Of a DNA stretch of 64,000 nt, positions 22,968-35,325 are shown piece by piece. Position numbers and translations under genes: made by a program. Under the pieces are notes generated by a model. The model was not told the origin of the DNA and did not search any database. It worked only from the letters and a program-made list of their open reading frames with translations. This DNA is from Octopus bimaculoides (lineage: Eukaryota): NCBI RefSeq assembly GCF_001194135.2, contig NC_068983.1:111993703-112057702 (forward strand), written 5' to 3'. Each line of letters begins with the position of its first letter. Within the stretch, counting starts at the first letter, position 1.

Positions 22968-25900
22968 GATGAAAGTAAACAAACAAAGTTTGTTTTTTTA
23001 GAAGCGTTGAGATGTATTGTAAGATACAGAAATCGGGCAGCTTTTAAGCAAGTATATACATATATATGTTATACACATGACACATATACACACATTCAAT
23101 CCTGTTCAGCAAGAAGTTTATTTTTGCTTTCTTACATGATCATTTTCCCTATATTGATTGACTTCAAACAACTAATCCTAGAGACTCTAAATGGTGACAC
23201 AAAATCAGTTAAGGAAATACCTTAACGTTTACATTATTCTAAAATATTCTCTATAACTAAAACTGTAAAGCAGTTGCATTGATAAGTTAAAAAAAAAAAA
23301 CAACATAATATGTGTACTTGATAAGATTTCTTAAATAATCAAGTAAGTTGTCAAATTCATTAAGATTAACTACTTATCATAAATAAGTAAATATGGAATT
23401 TTCAAACACCTTTTATTTCATATCTAATTTTACATCCGGTGATTTTTTTTTCCCCTACTAGTTTAGACAAAGTGTTACCCTTTGTATTTATAATTGAATT
23501 GTTAAGTGGTTATGAAGCATAGCCTACATCTCGTTTTCAAACATCAGTGCTAAACAGAATTATGTACCCTTACCTAAAAGTAAAAACACAATAGATGTAG
23601 TGAATCTGGAACTTTGTACCCTCACTTTTTAATGATACATTGTGTTCTGTGAGAGTTTAGGATCCTGCACTACATCCAACCCTTTTAAACTACATGTGTT
23701 TTTACAGATTTAAAGTTCAACCTAACCGTGTGGTGCCACATGCATATATCTTCTATAGCACTGTGCCAGCTAAAGCCTAGTGAGTGGATCTGGTAGACAG
23801 AAATTGAAAGAAGCATGTCATATGTGTGCAGGTCTCTCTCTCCTTCTATTGACAAAACACAAAAACTGTAAGCATGTATGACAGTCATATAAGCGGTATC
23901 TTTCATATCCAATCTTCTGCCAAAACATGCCTGACCAAAGGAAATATTATTCTTCTCGGAAACAAAGGTGACAGGAAGGACACCGGCGACAGAAAATCTA
24001 TCTGGATGAATTCTGTCTAACATATGGAAGCAAAGAAAAGTGGGCAATAAAATGGCAAACCCTACTATAAAAACAAAAGAAATGACATGCAAATACACAG
24101 ATTTTAAATATGCAAAAATATTAAAAATACTTTTGTAATATTTTCAGATTGCAAGAAACTGAAAGAAGCCCGTTGTGTATTTATATATATAAGTGCCAAT
24201 ATAACAATAAACTAATCCAGAATATATGTTAGACAAATACAAATTATTGAAGATAGATATAAGAAATATGGTTAAAATGATAACATTATCAAATATTATT
24301 ATGAGCTCAACTTTATAATATTGCATTCCATTTGACCATTTTGTGCTGACAACTGAACATGTTCTATCTATTTAGGTGCACCCAAAAAAGCTCCAACATT
24401 ATCCATTACAAAACAAATGAGGATAAAATTTGTTTTGAGATTCAGAATCTCAAATGCCCCTAACAAAAGTCTGAAACCCATTTTTTTTTTAAGGCAAAAA
24501 TAGAGAGAATTCAAACGTAGGTTGCATGAACCAAACCCAAAGTCTTTTTTTCCAAGTGATATCATTTGCATTAATTTTGTACACAACTGTCAAACACTTC
24601 AGCTTTCTTTATCATTGTTGAACTTTAAAATCTCCTTCACAATGTGGTCCAACCCAAGCACCTGTGATCACTAAACAATATTATTCTCTCTTAATAAAGA
24701 ATGTGGACTGACTGAGACAAGCTAAGGAATCATAACCTCAAAGAACTTCCTCACCTAACAAAATATCAACCTACTGCCTTCCCTTCTAAAATCTCAAAAG
24801 TGACAATATGATCTTCATCATTAATTTCTCTTTATAGTGACTGTTATATGCAGAGACTTCCTTTTTATGTTATGCTCCAGATTGCTTCAATGTGGCTCTT
24901 TCCAATTCACACTCTATCCTTAACGCTCAGTTATGCCTCTCTCTCTCTTACTCTTCTTATTGTAGATTAACAACTCATACACTGTCACTTCTACTGAAAC
25001 ATGGAATAAACCAAGCATAGGTAACCATTTGTGAGAAGCAGGCAGCATGAGACATGGCTCACCATCATGTAGGCTGCATCATAAAGAAAACTGCAAGTAA
25101 TTTTTTGTTAGGTATGCTTTTTAGAAAGTCCTACATGCAATAGGTTGCCAATGACTGGAATAAACATTTAAAATTTTTTATTAAGTAATTAAACTGAAAT
25201 TTTGTTACCCTTCAAATGTGTAACATTTTGATGCCAAATATTTGGAACATGTTACTTATATACCTAGGGTCGCACAACTGCTAGTCTTGAACTTCATAAA
25301 CCACATTCAAAATAAAGGGCAACTACCTGATAAGCATCATTCACCAACATACCACCACAATTACTAACTCACTTGCATGCTGTACTTTCGTTTCTGTCAC
25401 TACAGTCTTCTGTTCCAATAAAACTAGCAAGCTGTGTACCAAATCCAACTTGATGCATCAGTTTTTCTTTATCACTCTAGGAGAATCTGTCTGTTATCTC
25501 AGTCAAGGCCACATTAGAGTATTGCTTTCTGTATATCGCACTTCTTGTTTGACACTTTAGCATTCAGATTATTAATCTGTAAAGTGTAATGCTTACGTAT
25601 TCACATTTTTAAAACTTGGTCATATATTATCTCACAGCTTTAAGATTTTGAAGATATGATGGTTTAGTTTTAGAATGACATTATAGGCTAGGTGTGAGAG
25701 GCCAGATCTGATTGATTTGAACATAAAACAGGTAAATATTTGGCCAAATATGGCCAGGTTAAATGCTAAATGACTAAACAGCTTTTTTTGTAATTCTTCA
25801 ACCTCCAAATTGCTATTCACTGGTTTCTAATCTTTGTGTGTTTTACTTGACAATAAGCTATCAGCAGCATCAACAGCACCAGTTTAGGATGTGAGAGCAA

Positions 25901-27709
25901 TCCCCAGGACACATATTCTCACATAATTTTTCAACTACTTTATAAACTGAAGCAATTTTAACTTAATCACATATCCTTCACAAGACAGATGTCGAGTGGA
26001 GTGAGTTGGATACTGCTACTGAATGAAATAAGGTATTAAAATACAATTAACTATCATTAAATTACATTTTTGAATTTCTGGCAAATGACGCTTTGAAGGG
26101 ATACTGGAAAACTGACATAGAAGTTTTTAATTTCATTAGTATCCTGCCTTAGGATACTAATTAGAGTCCTTAGGCAGGACTTTAATGAAATGACCTGGCT
26201 CCAGTATTTCAACATTGCAAACATTTGCTGTCAGTGTATTGAAGTGACTCAAACTCTTATGGAATAACACCAATATATTCTGGACTGATATGTAATTGAG
26301 GGAGTATACATGTACATAATTATATTTTGATTATTTATTCACTGATTTTCTTTCATTGTCATCTACTTACTTTTTATTGTTGTAGACTATCTTCATTGAA
26401 ATTTTTCAAATGAAATGCTTTTTTCCATGTCAATGTTACTCTATTTATATTTCTTCAAAAGAATATGATGAATAAACTCCCAGATCCTTTATCAAAGACA
26501 AACTTTTAATTATCTTTTCTGAAATTAGACTTTAAGAAGGATCATTTGATTACTGGATAAAATTCTGATAGAACTAAATCCATTTATAATCCTTAACATT
26601 TTTATTTAATAGATATTCAAGTAGACTTCCACATTAAATTGAAGTCATTGTGAGATTGATCAGCATACATACACAAGTGTGCCCCCACCACCACCGACTT
26701 TGTTTCTTTATGACTTCTTGAAAAATAAATATTTTTGAAAGAAATTTTCAACAAATATCCTTCAGATTGTATATATTCTAATCATATCGAAATTTGTTTG
26801 AAAAAATAATTCTGGGTGGTTTGAAAGAAGGGTTTCAGAAAATTCATGTGTCAGCTTTGTTTCCTTATAACTTTCAGAAAAATGAATATTTTCTAATGAA
26901 ATTTTCTAAGTTGATTTGAATAGAAAAATGGTGAGCACACAAACATACAAACATGTAGGTATGATGTACGACAATATGTGTGCGAGCGCACCAATTTGCT
27001 TGTTTGTTTGTTTTTCATATTCAATTAAGATAAACACGTAATCTACACACCCTGAGAGGTATTTTTGTAGAAAATTTCATTAAAAAAAATACCCATATTT
27101 CTGAAAGTAATAACGAAAGCTCACTCGAGTGAATTTTCCAAAACTCTACTCCCCACTGAAACGAAAACGTTATTCACAAATTTCTAGACAATCGAAATCT
27201 ACACCATATAAAGCATATTTGTTGAAATTTTCATTTAAGAAATATCCATTTTTCTAGAAGTTATGAGGAAACAAAAGCGAGANNNNNNNNNNNNNNNNNN
27301 NNNNNNNNNNNNNNNNNNNNNNNNNNNNNNNNNNNNNNNNNNNNNNNNNNNNNNNNNNNNNNNNNNNNNNNNNNNNNNNNNNNNNNNNNNNNNNNNNNNN
27401 NNNNNNNNNNNNNNNNNNNNNNNNNNNNNNNNNNNNNNNNNNNNNNNNNNNNNNNNNNNNNNNNNNNNNNNNNNNNNNNNNNNNNNNNNNNNNNNNNNNN
27501 NNNNNNNNNNNNNNNNNNNNNNNNNNNNNNNNNNNNNNNNNNNNNNNNNNNNNNNAAGGAAAACGTCTTCTCATGACACTTTAATTATCAGAAAATGTTT
27601 TACTTAATTAAAACACGCAGAGAAGTAAAAGGAGAGATGGTAAAAAATTACCGAGACATTGGGTAAACATAACTCTAAGGATGTATAAAAGAACAAAACG
27701 AACTATTAC

Positions 27710-27875
27710 CAGAAGAGATCGGATGAGATAAGAGACGATCTGAAGTCTTGTCCGAAGCAACGATGTCATTGATAGAAGCCGACCACGAAACAGGGCGGCC
27801 TTCATGGCTGCTCTCCACACATTTCCGTATAAATTCAAATGGTATATAGATGTCAAGTTGATTCAGTAAAGTCAT
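27710..27875 (-). CDS. Candidate first coding exon of the zinc-finger gene
   Basis: MTLLNQLDIYIPFEFIRKCVESSHEGRPVSWSASINDIVASDKTSDRLLSHPISS ends at the donor CTG|GTAATA in phase 1, matching the phase-1 acceptor at 17585 (G+AA = Glu). The sequence is CpG-rich and non-repetitive. The linkage is inferred, and upstream ATGs exist. Confidence 0.45.
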
Positions 27876-27879
27876 TCCC

Positions 27880-28045
27880 CGAATGTAAACTACACCAGCA
27901 ATTCATCTAAATTATAAGCTAATTAATGATGGGATGTAAACAGCAAACAAAACAACTGAAAACGTTAAAGTTCAAACATATACAAGTCAACATGGTGAAG
28001 GACCCTTTAATATCCGCTTCCTGTTTAACATGCGCAGTATAAGAG
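27880..28045 (-). promoter_or_regulatory. Putative CpG-rich promoter/5' region upstream of the candidate exon
   Basis: Local CpG enrichment, an ETS-like CTTCCTG at 28017-28023 and an NRF1-like ATGCGCA at 28030-28036. Motif matches only. Confidence 0.3.
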
Positions 28046-29114
28046 ATTAAAGGGACGCAACTCCAGTCCAATTTTTTTTTAATGTTTTATTTATATGCTG
28101 CTTCTTTCCATACATTTTCATCCAAAATTTTTATATGAATACAAACAACAATTCATTACTAAAATCTGTTTAGATAAGATAAATAAAATCGATACTTTTT
28201 ATTATGTGTATGAAAGTATTATATTGAGTGAAGTTTCAATATCCGGAAACGGTGAGAGTTTCTGATAAATTAACTCAGTGGAAAGCTGACGTAAATTAGA
28301 AAAATATGATCTGCAGGTTGTTAATTTTTGTTCAGAAAATTGAGTTTTCTTTTCCTTCTTCTCCTAACGCCTGTTATAATGGCAATTTATAACATTCCAT
28401 ATGATCTACACACAACCACACACACACACGCACACACACACACATGTTTGCTATTGAGCTTTTTTGTATAACAACACATACATACACAAACATAATGGCA
28501 CAAAACTGTAGCACCAAAAATCTTTTACTTCCAAGGTCAGTTCAGAACGTTAAATTCTAGATCTTTTCACAACACACGAGCAAATTTATGAACATCATCG
28601 TCATTTAAAGTTATCCTTGCAAACAAAAATATTGTCCTTTCCATTATACTTAGATACAAATAAAAATTCTCAAAATGATGAAGAATTAGCCAACAAATAA
28701 AAAAAATCTTTTCACGGAAATTCACTCGTAAAAAAAAAAAGAGTAGTATTTCTATTAATTTTGAAGAAATATACAATGTGTAACTTGAAATATTAAAATT
28801 ATGAGGAAGTTAGGGAGTTATGTTTTTTTTTTCCTTACTAAAATCTGAAAAGAATTTCTTAATGAGATGCGGGTTTCTTTCAGATATATAAAGCCTGAGA
28901 TTTAGAATTGTCAAGATTAGAAGTCGTGCAATAGCAGTTAAGTGTTCCAATTTTTTTTTAAAACTTGTAAGGTCAAGCTACTCTAATAACATACATTTTT
29001 AATTACTCCCCTTAGAGCACAAATCTAAATCTAAAGATATGTGTTACCTCCCTTAGATTTTGTCTTTTAAATGCATTTAGACGAAACAGTTTAACACTTG
29101 TCAATTGTCTACAC

Positions 29115-29440
29115 CAGTGCTACTCAAAGTAGGGGGGTCCGCGGACCGGTGCCTGTCTGCCAGTCATCAGCTGCCGGTACGCGGCGAGTTTCCCGAAAAG
29201 AAAGAAACAATAGCATAATTTCAGTTATTTCGCCTTATGCACTGCAGTAAGCAACTTATCAGCTTATGTAATATTGTCTTATTTGTTTACAAAATAAATA
29301 TAAGATTAAAAAAATTGTCAACTTTTATTATATTCATTATATATATTGTTTCCGGTACTAATTGATATTACTAAGAAATCTTACCTGTTCCTGGAACATT
29401 GGATAAAAAAAAAAAACATCAGATAGTTTGAGAAGCATTG
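29115..29440. mobile_element. hAT-family MITE with perfect 8-bp TSD
   Basis: GTCTACAC|CAGTGCTACTCAAA...TTTGAGAAGCATTG|GTCTACAC (TSDs at 29107-29114 and 29441-29448). Confidence 0.9.
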
Positions 29441-30713
29441 GTCTACACACACATTGTTATAAATAACAACTAAGTCACCTCATATCACACCCTACTTACA
29501 CATTGGATAACGTATAGTTTTGTAAACAATCCCGAGAAAAAATGTAAAATTACTGTAAAACATAACAGTTAAAATGAAAAGGAAACAAATCATAGCAACA
29601 GAGGTATTATTTTAGAGAGACAGTTAATAGTTCTTATTTTATTTATTTATAACAATTACTTCAATTATTACTTATTGAACTATGGACCAGCCCTCTAAAA
29701 CCACTCCTGTTATGATTCCTTTTCTCTCTATCTTAATTGTCATTTTGTTTCTTTTTTCGGAATTTTTCAATATTTTCCCATACCTTCCTCAATATTCTAC
29801 TATATACCTTCATTTATTCCATTTATTCCTCAAATTTTTTTTTTAGTATTATCCTATATTTAGTTTATACACTACTACCACAATTGCTACCTACACTTTT
29901 TTTTACCATTCCTTCAAATTAGCCCCCTCGCTGTTATTCATTCTAACAGTCATGTCATTATTTTTTATATATTTACTTACTTTTTCCTCCATCTGTTACT
30001 ACCCATAAATGCCAATGGTTCCAAAGTTCATCCATGTTCTTATCTGCTATTTTTCTATTGAATTTTTCCATTGCATTCTTTGGACATTCTCATATTTGCC
30101 CACCCTACATCATTCTCTCTTATCAATATACTACCTTCATTTCCTCTTCTTCTCACTCTGTTCTTACTCTCTCTCTCTCTCTTTCCCTCTCTCTAACTCT
30201 CTCTGCCTTGTCTCGTTTTTCCTTTCCTTATGTTCTCTTTTCTTTGTTTTCTTTTCCTTTCTTCTTTTAAACATTCTTTTTCTCTTTGCTTCTTCTTTTT
30301 TCACCCCATACTGTATTTTTCTTTCCATCATGTATCGTTGGCGATTTTCTTTCTCCATCTTCCCCTCTTTGGACATTTTCTATATTTCTGAAGAAGAGCT
30401 CTGCTCAAAATGTGAAATCCTCTTTCTTTCTTTTCCTTTCCTGAGTGTCCAATAACACAGTACTTGTTCCACGTCCTTGCGTTGTTGTTTTTTTCTTGCT
30501 TGTTCATGTTTGGATTGACTATATATATATATGATTGACCACTAGCTCCAAAAGTTTTTTATTCTCTCTCTGTTTATTTCCTTGTGCTCCTTTCTGTTGA
30601 AGAGTGTAGGCTCAAAACATAAAAGACTTTCTCATCTTCCCAAGTGTTAAACTAATACACCTGTTTGTTGTTTATACACCTGTCTTCATCTTTTGTTTTT
30701 CTGTAAATTTCAG

Positions 30714-30748
<35 letters not shown>

Positions 30749-30917
30749 NNNNNNNNNNNNNNNNNNNNNNNNNNNNNNNNNNNNNNNNNNNNNNNNNNNN
30801 NNNNNNNNNNNNNNNNNNNNNNNNNNNNNNNNNNNNNNNNNNNNNNNNNNNNNNNNNNNNNNNNNNNNNNNNNNNNNNNNNNNNNNNNNNNNNNNNNNNN
30901 NNNNNNNNNNNNCACAC

Positions 30918-30950
<33 letters not shown>

Positions 30951-31571
30951 TTATGTAGCTGAAGTTGTATATCCTTGGTTATAGCATATAACCAGTCAGA
31001 AAGTTATCAATGCTTTCCCTTCTACTATTGCACTTGGCAATATATGTGAAATAAGACATGCTGGCTATAAACTCATTGGGTTACTTCCCCTTGAACGATT
31101 CCAGTTGTGTCTGAAATAGTTCAGTTTGTGTGCAGTTTTTGTTTACTAGTCTATAAATGTGGAAGACCACATTTCCAAAAGGAATTTTTTGTCATAAGGG
31201 CCTCAACAAAAGATTTCACTTTTTGAATTCAAGAAGGTATATAGATCATGTAAGTTTTTACATGATTATTGTCCTCTCAGCTGAGCAAAGTTTGCACCAT
31301 CTGCTTTTGATGAGGTATGACTCAGTTTGTTCTAGCAGCTTTCATTTAATCTTGTATGGTATTCCTTCATCTTTTAATTGCTATGTATAGGTGGCTATTG
31401 ATGTAATGTTGCACCTCTCTGGCTGGCTGTATACCATATTCAAGGATACACCTCTAGGCTACATAAAATATAACTTCTCAGAACTTCTTTTTGAATGTGC
31501 TTTTTATCTGACTTATGGACAACTAACTGATATATGTGTGTGTGTGTGGGGTGTGTGTATGTATATATGTT

Positions 31572-31608
<37 letters not shown>

Positions 31609-32744
31609 TAAGGTTCCATTCTTTCACTTAGTCTTTTTTATACTTATACCTAAATGACCCAATCTCACAACCACAAAACCCTGCATATATCTCAATATAC
31701 ACAAGCCATTAAAATCACTGTTTTAAAACACTACTTCATACTTACATCAACCCTGCATCCATTTTCTAGAAAGCTGGTTGCAAAGAAATAGACAAAAAGA
31801 AGTGCTTACTAAATCAGCCATCACTCTCTTAGTCAAGCAAAAAACATTACATACAACCTACAACCAGCCATCACACTAATTAATGTAAGCATATCCATAC
31901 ACAGAAGACAAGAATACTAGGAATTATATTGAATAACTCTAAATCATTCATAACACACATGAAAAATATTGCAGAAAGAAAAACTGGGTACAGATCACTA
32001 AGCGGTCACAAGTGCTACAAATACTTGTGAGAAAGAAACAACACTATTTTTGTATAAACAATATATTAGGTCACAAATGGCAGGGTGCTGGCAAAAACAT
32101 TAACATGCCAGGCAGAGTTCAAATTCCGCTGAGGTCGACTTTGCCTTTCATCCTTTCAGGGTCAACAAATTAAGTTCCAGTTGTGTACTGGGGTTGATCC
32201 AATCGACTGGTCCCCTCCCCCAAAATTTCAGGCCTTGTGCCTAGAGTAGGAAAGAATATATTAGGTCTCACAAAGGTAGCAGAATTGTTTGCACACAGGG
32301 AAAAATGCTTAGCAGCATTTCATCTGTCTTTATGTTCTGTGTTCAAATTCCACCGAGGTTGACTTTGCCTTTCATCCTTTTGGCACTGGGGTTGACGTAA
32401 TCAACTTACATCCTTCCTCCAAAATTTCAGACCTTGCACCTATTAGCAGAAAGTAATATATTAGGCCCCTTAATTACCCCCACTATAAATCACAACAAAC
32501 ATAAAGTAGGACATTTTAAAAATACTCTCATATTCCAAATAAATTATTAAATAAAAGTACTCAGAGTAAAGGTCATCTCTATGTACGAGGAGCACAGATT
32601 GTTATCATGCCAAAGTACTTTAATTAAAGCTCCTTCCACTTGAACAATCATTGGCAAACACTTAGATGCCTCCACAGAATTATCCTGAAAACATTACTCC
32701 TCACCAGCGAGTCAAGAGAAGCATTAATAAAACAATACACCAGC

Positions 32745-32951
32745 TGTGTGGTAAGTAGCCTGCTTTCCAACCACATGGTTTCGGTTTCAGTCCCACTGCA
32801 TGGCACTTTGGGCAAGTATCTTCTACTATAGCATTGGGCGGACCAAAGCCTAGTGAATGGATTTGGTAGACAGAAGCTGAAAGAAGCCCATTGTGTGTGT
32901 GTGTGTTTGTGTGCACACATACGCATGTGCGTGAGTGTGTGTTTGTGTGTG

Positions 32952-32998
<47 letters not shown>

Positions 32999-34248
32999 CC
33001 CACCACTATCACCATTTGGCAACCAGTGTTTGTGTGTTTAGATCCCTGGAACTTAGGGATCCTTTTGGTTTGACGGGCAACATTTTTCATTTATGTATTT
33101 TGTAGTGTTTTTGGTACCGAAACACTTTCAAACTTCGTATACTTGTATATTTGTGTTATAGAACAGATAAAAAATGTTGTATTCGAAGTTATTTCATGTT
33201 AAAAATTGTCTTATTTCGATAATTTCAAGCAATCACTGACGTCTATTCTGTTGAATACAGTTACTTTTGTGGCGGTGTATATGGTATTAATCCCTGTTAG
33301 TTCTGACATTTCCGATTAACTAGACTGTTCGTAAACAAAGGGGAAAAAGCCATCAAAATACTTGAATATTGTCTGCACTTGTTATTGGAGCTGGCAGAAT
33401 TATTAATGCACCTCCACCNNNNNNNNNNNNNNNNNNNNNNNNNNNNNNNNNNNNNNNNNNNNNNNNNNNNNNNNNNNNNNNNNNNNNNNNNNNNNNNNNN
33501 NNNNNNNNNNNNNNNNNNNNNNNNNNNNNNNNNNNNNNNNNNNNNNNNNNNNNNNNNNNNNNNNNNNNNNNNNNNNNNNNNNNNNNNNNNNNNNNNNNNN
33601 NNNNNNNNNNNNNNNNNNNNNNNNNNNNNNNNNNNNNNNNNNNNNNNNNNNNNNNNNNNNNNNNNNNNNNNNNNNNNNNNNNNNNNNNNNNNNNNNNNNN
33701 NNNNNNNNNNNNNNNNNNNNNNNNNNNNNNNNNNNNNNNNNNNNNNNNNNNNNNNNNNNNNNNNNNNNNNNNNNNNNNNNNNNNNNNNNNNNNNNNNNNN
33801 NNNNNNNNNNNNNNNNNNNNNNNNNNNNNNNNNNNNNNNNNNNNNNNNNNNNNNNNNNNNNNNNNNNNNNNAATTATTGTTTACAAAAGATCACTGACTG
33901 TATTCAGCTGAATAGACGTCAGTGATTGGTTGAAATTACAGAAATACGACAACTTTAACATGAAATAACTTGTGATGTACAATTTTTTTGTTAAGAAGGC
34001 TAAGAGAAAAAGTTGTTTTGTATGACACATTCTACCAGTGTCCCAAGTTTGAAAGTGTTTCGTTAAGAAAACAAGTGTTGCCCGTCAAACCAAAAAGATC
34101 CGAACTTAGCACTTCACCAAAAGAGTTTGATAGAATAATTACCAGGCTTAACAAAATTAAGTACTAGGTTTGATTCATTCAACTAAGAATTCTTCAAGGC
34201 ACTGGCACAGCACGGTCACAGACTAATGACTGAAATAAGTAAAAGGAA
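32745..34248 (+). mobile_element. SINE family A split by a DNA transposon insertion
   Basis: The SINE consensus ...gtaacttag|cagttcagcaaaaga... stops at 33056 and resumes at 34110. Confidence 0.8.
33057..34101. mobile_element. TIR DNA transposon, Merlin-like (GG termini, 8-bp TSD); centre in gap
   Basis: GAACTTAG|GGATCCTTTTGGTTTGACGGGCAACA...TGTTGCCCGTCAAACCAAAAAGATCC|GAACTTAG. Sub-terminal inverted similarity extends about 200 bp. Confidence 0.75.
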
Positions 34249-34386
34249 AGATATACAAATAGCCCAAACATCAATTAACATTATCATCAAGTATTACTAA
34301 TGTTAAATGCAGAAAAAATCTGCTTTTGCACCTTGCGTCTTTATTGCCCAACCTCCCCTGTGGCTACCACAGAATCTAAAATCATA

Positions 34387-34531
34387 TTGGCGGAGGTAAA
34401 GAATATGCACACCACCTGTTTTTAGTGTAACCCTAACCTTAACCCTAACCCTAAACTCTAACTCTAAACCCTAAACATAACCCTAACTCTATCCCTAAAC
34501 ACCAAGTGTGTGTATTCTTTACCATTGCCAA
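34387..34531. mobile_element. Mini-element with imperfect TIRs enclosing telomere-like (TAACCC)n repeats
   Basis: ttggcggaggtaaagaatatgcacac...gtgtgtgtattctttaccattgccaa, flanked by CATA on both sides. Internal taaccctaaccttaaccctaaccctaaac. Confidence 0.6.
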
Positions 34532-34566
34532 CATACCAAAACAGTCTACTCAATAATAAAAATAAT

Positions 34567-35325
34567 AGCAAGAGCACTCAGAGAGTGCAAACCTCTGCCA
34601 AGGCAACACCAATGTCCTCTCAATGATTAGCCAGAAATGATTTTTAAAATGAGAATATCTGAAATAAACTCAACTGCTCTCACAAATGAGAATACTAAAA
34701 ATGAATCTGACTGCTCTCAAAACTTAAGTAAAAAACCAGAAGAATAATCCAGAATCTTTGTTCAGTCCCAGATCAATCNNNNNNNNNNNNNNNNNNNNNN
34801 NNNNNNNNNNNNNNNNNNNNNNNNNNNNNNNNNNNNNNNNNNNNNNNNNNNNNNNNNNNNNNNNNNNNNNNNNNNNNNNNNNNNNNNNNNNNNNNNNNNN
34901 NNNNNNNNNNNNNNNNNNNNNNNNNNNNNNNNNNNNNNNNNNNNNNNNNNNNNNNNNNNNNNNNNNNNNNNNNNNNNNNNNNNNNNNNNNNNNNNNNNNN
35001 NNNNNNNNNNNNNNNNNNNNNNNNNNNNNNNNNNNNNNNNNNNNNNNNNNNNNNNNNNNNNNNNNNNNNNNNNNNNNNNNNNNNNNNNNNNNNNNNNNNN
35101 NNNNNNNNNNNNNNNNNNNNNNNNNNNNNNNNNNNNNNNNNNNNNNNNNNNNNNCCAGATCTATCCCAAGATCCAATCACTTCATGCAAGTCATGAGGCC
35201 AAACTTCCCTGAAAGTTTCATCTGAATCCATCCAGCGGTTCTTGAGATATCTTGTCCATGGACAAACAAACAAACAAGCACAACTGAAAACAATGCCTCC
35301 GCCTTCGCTAAGTCAGAGGTAATAA
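34567..35325 (-). mobile_element. Helentron/HINE-like element (reverse of 58233-58610) with a gap inside
   Basis: Perfect hairpin GCACTC-AGA-GAGTGC at 34574-34588, sub-TIR acctctgccaagg, and the other end ...cctccgccttcgctaagtcagaggtaataa. Confidence 0.65.

Noticed and set aside
28046-28300. Divergent plus-strand promoter/first exon (CCGGAA, TGACGT, ACG|GTGAGA)
   Set aside because: The segment begins TTAA|AGGG and looks like a TIR element end, so the motifs may be TE-borne. There is no independent support.
34428-34500. True telomere or chromosome-fusion site
   Set aside because: It is only about 70 bp, degenerate, single orientation, and enclosed by the inverted ends of a small element.
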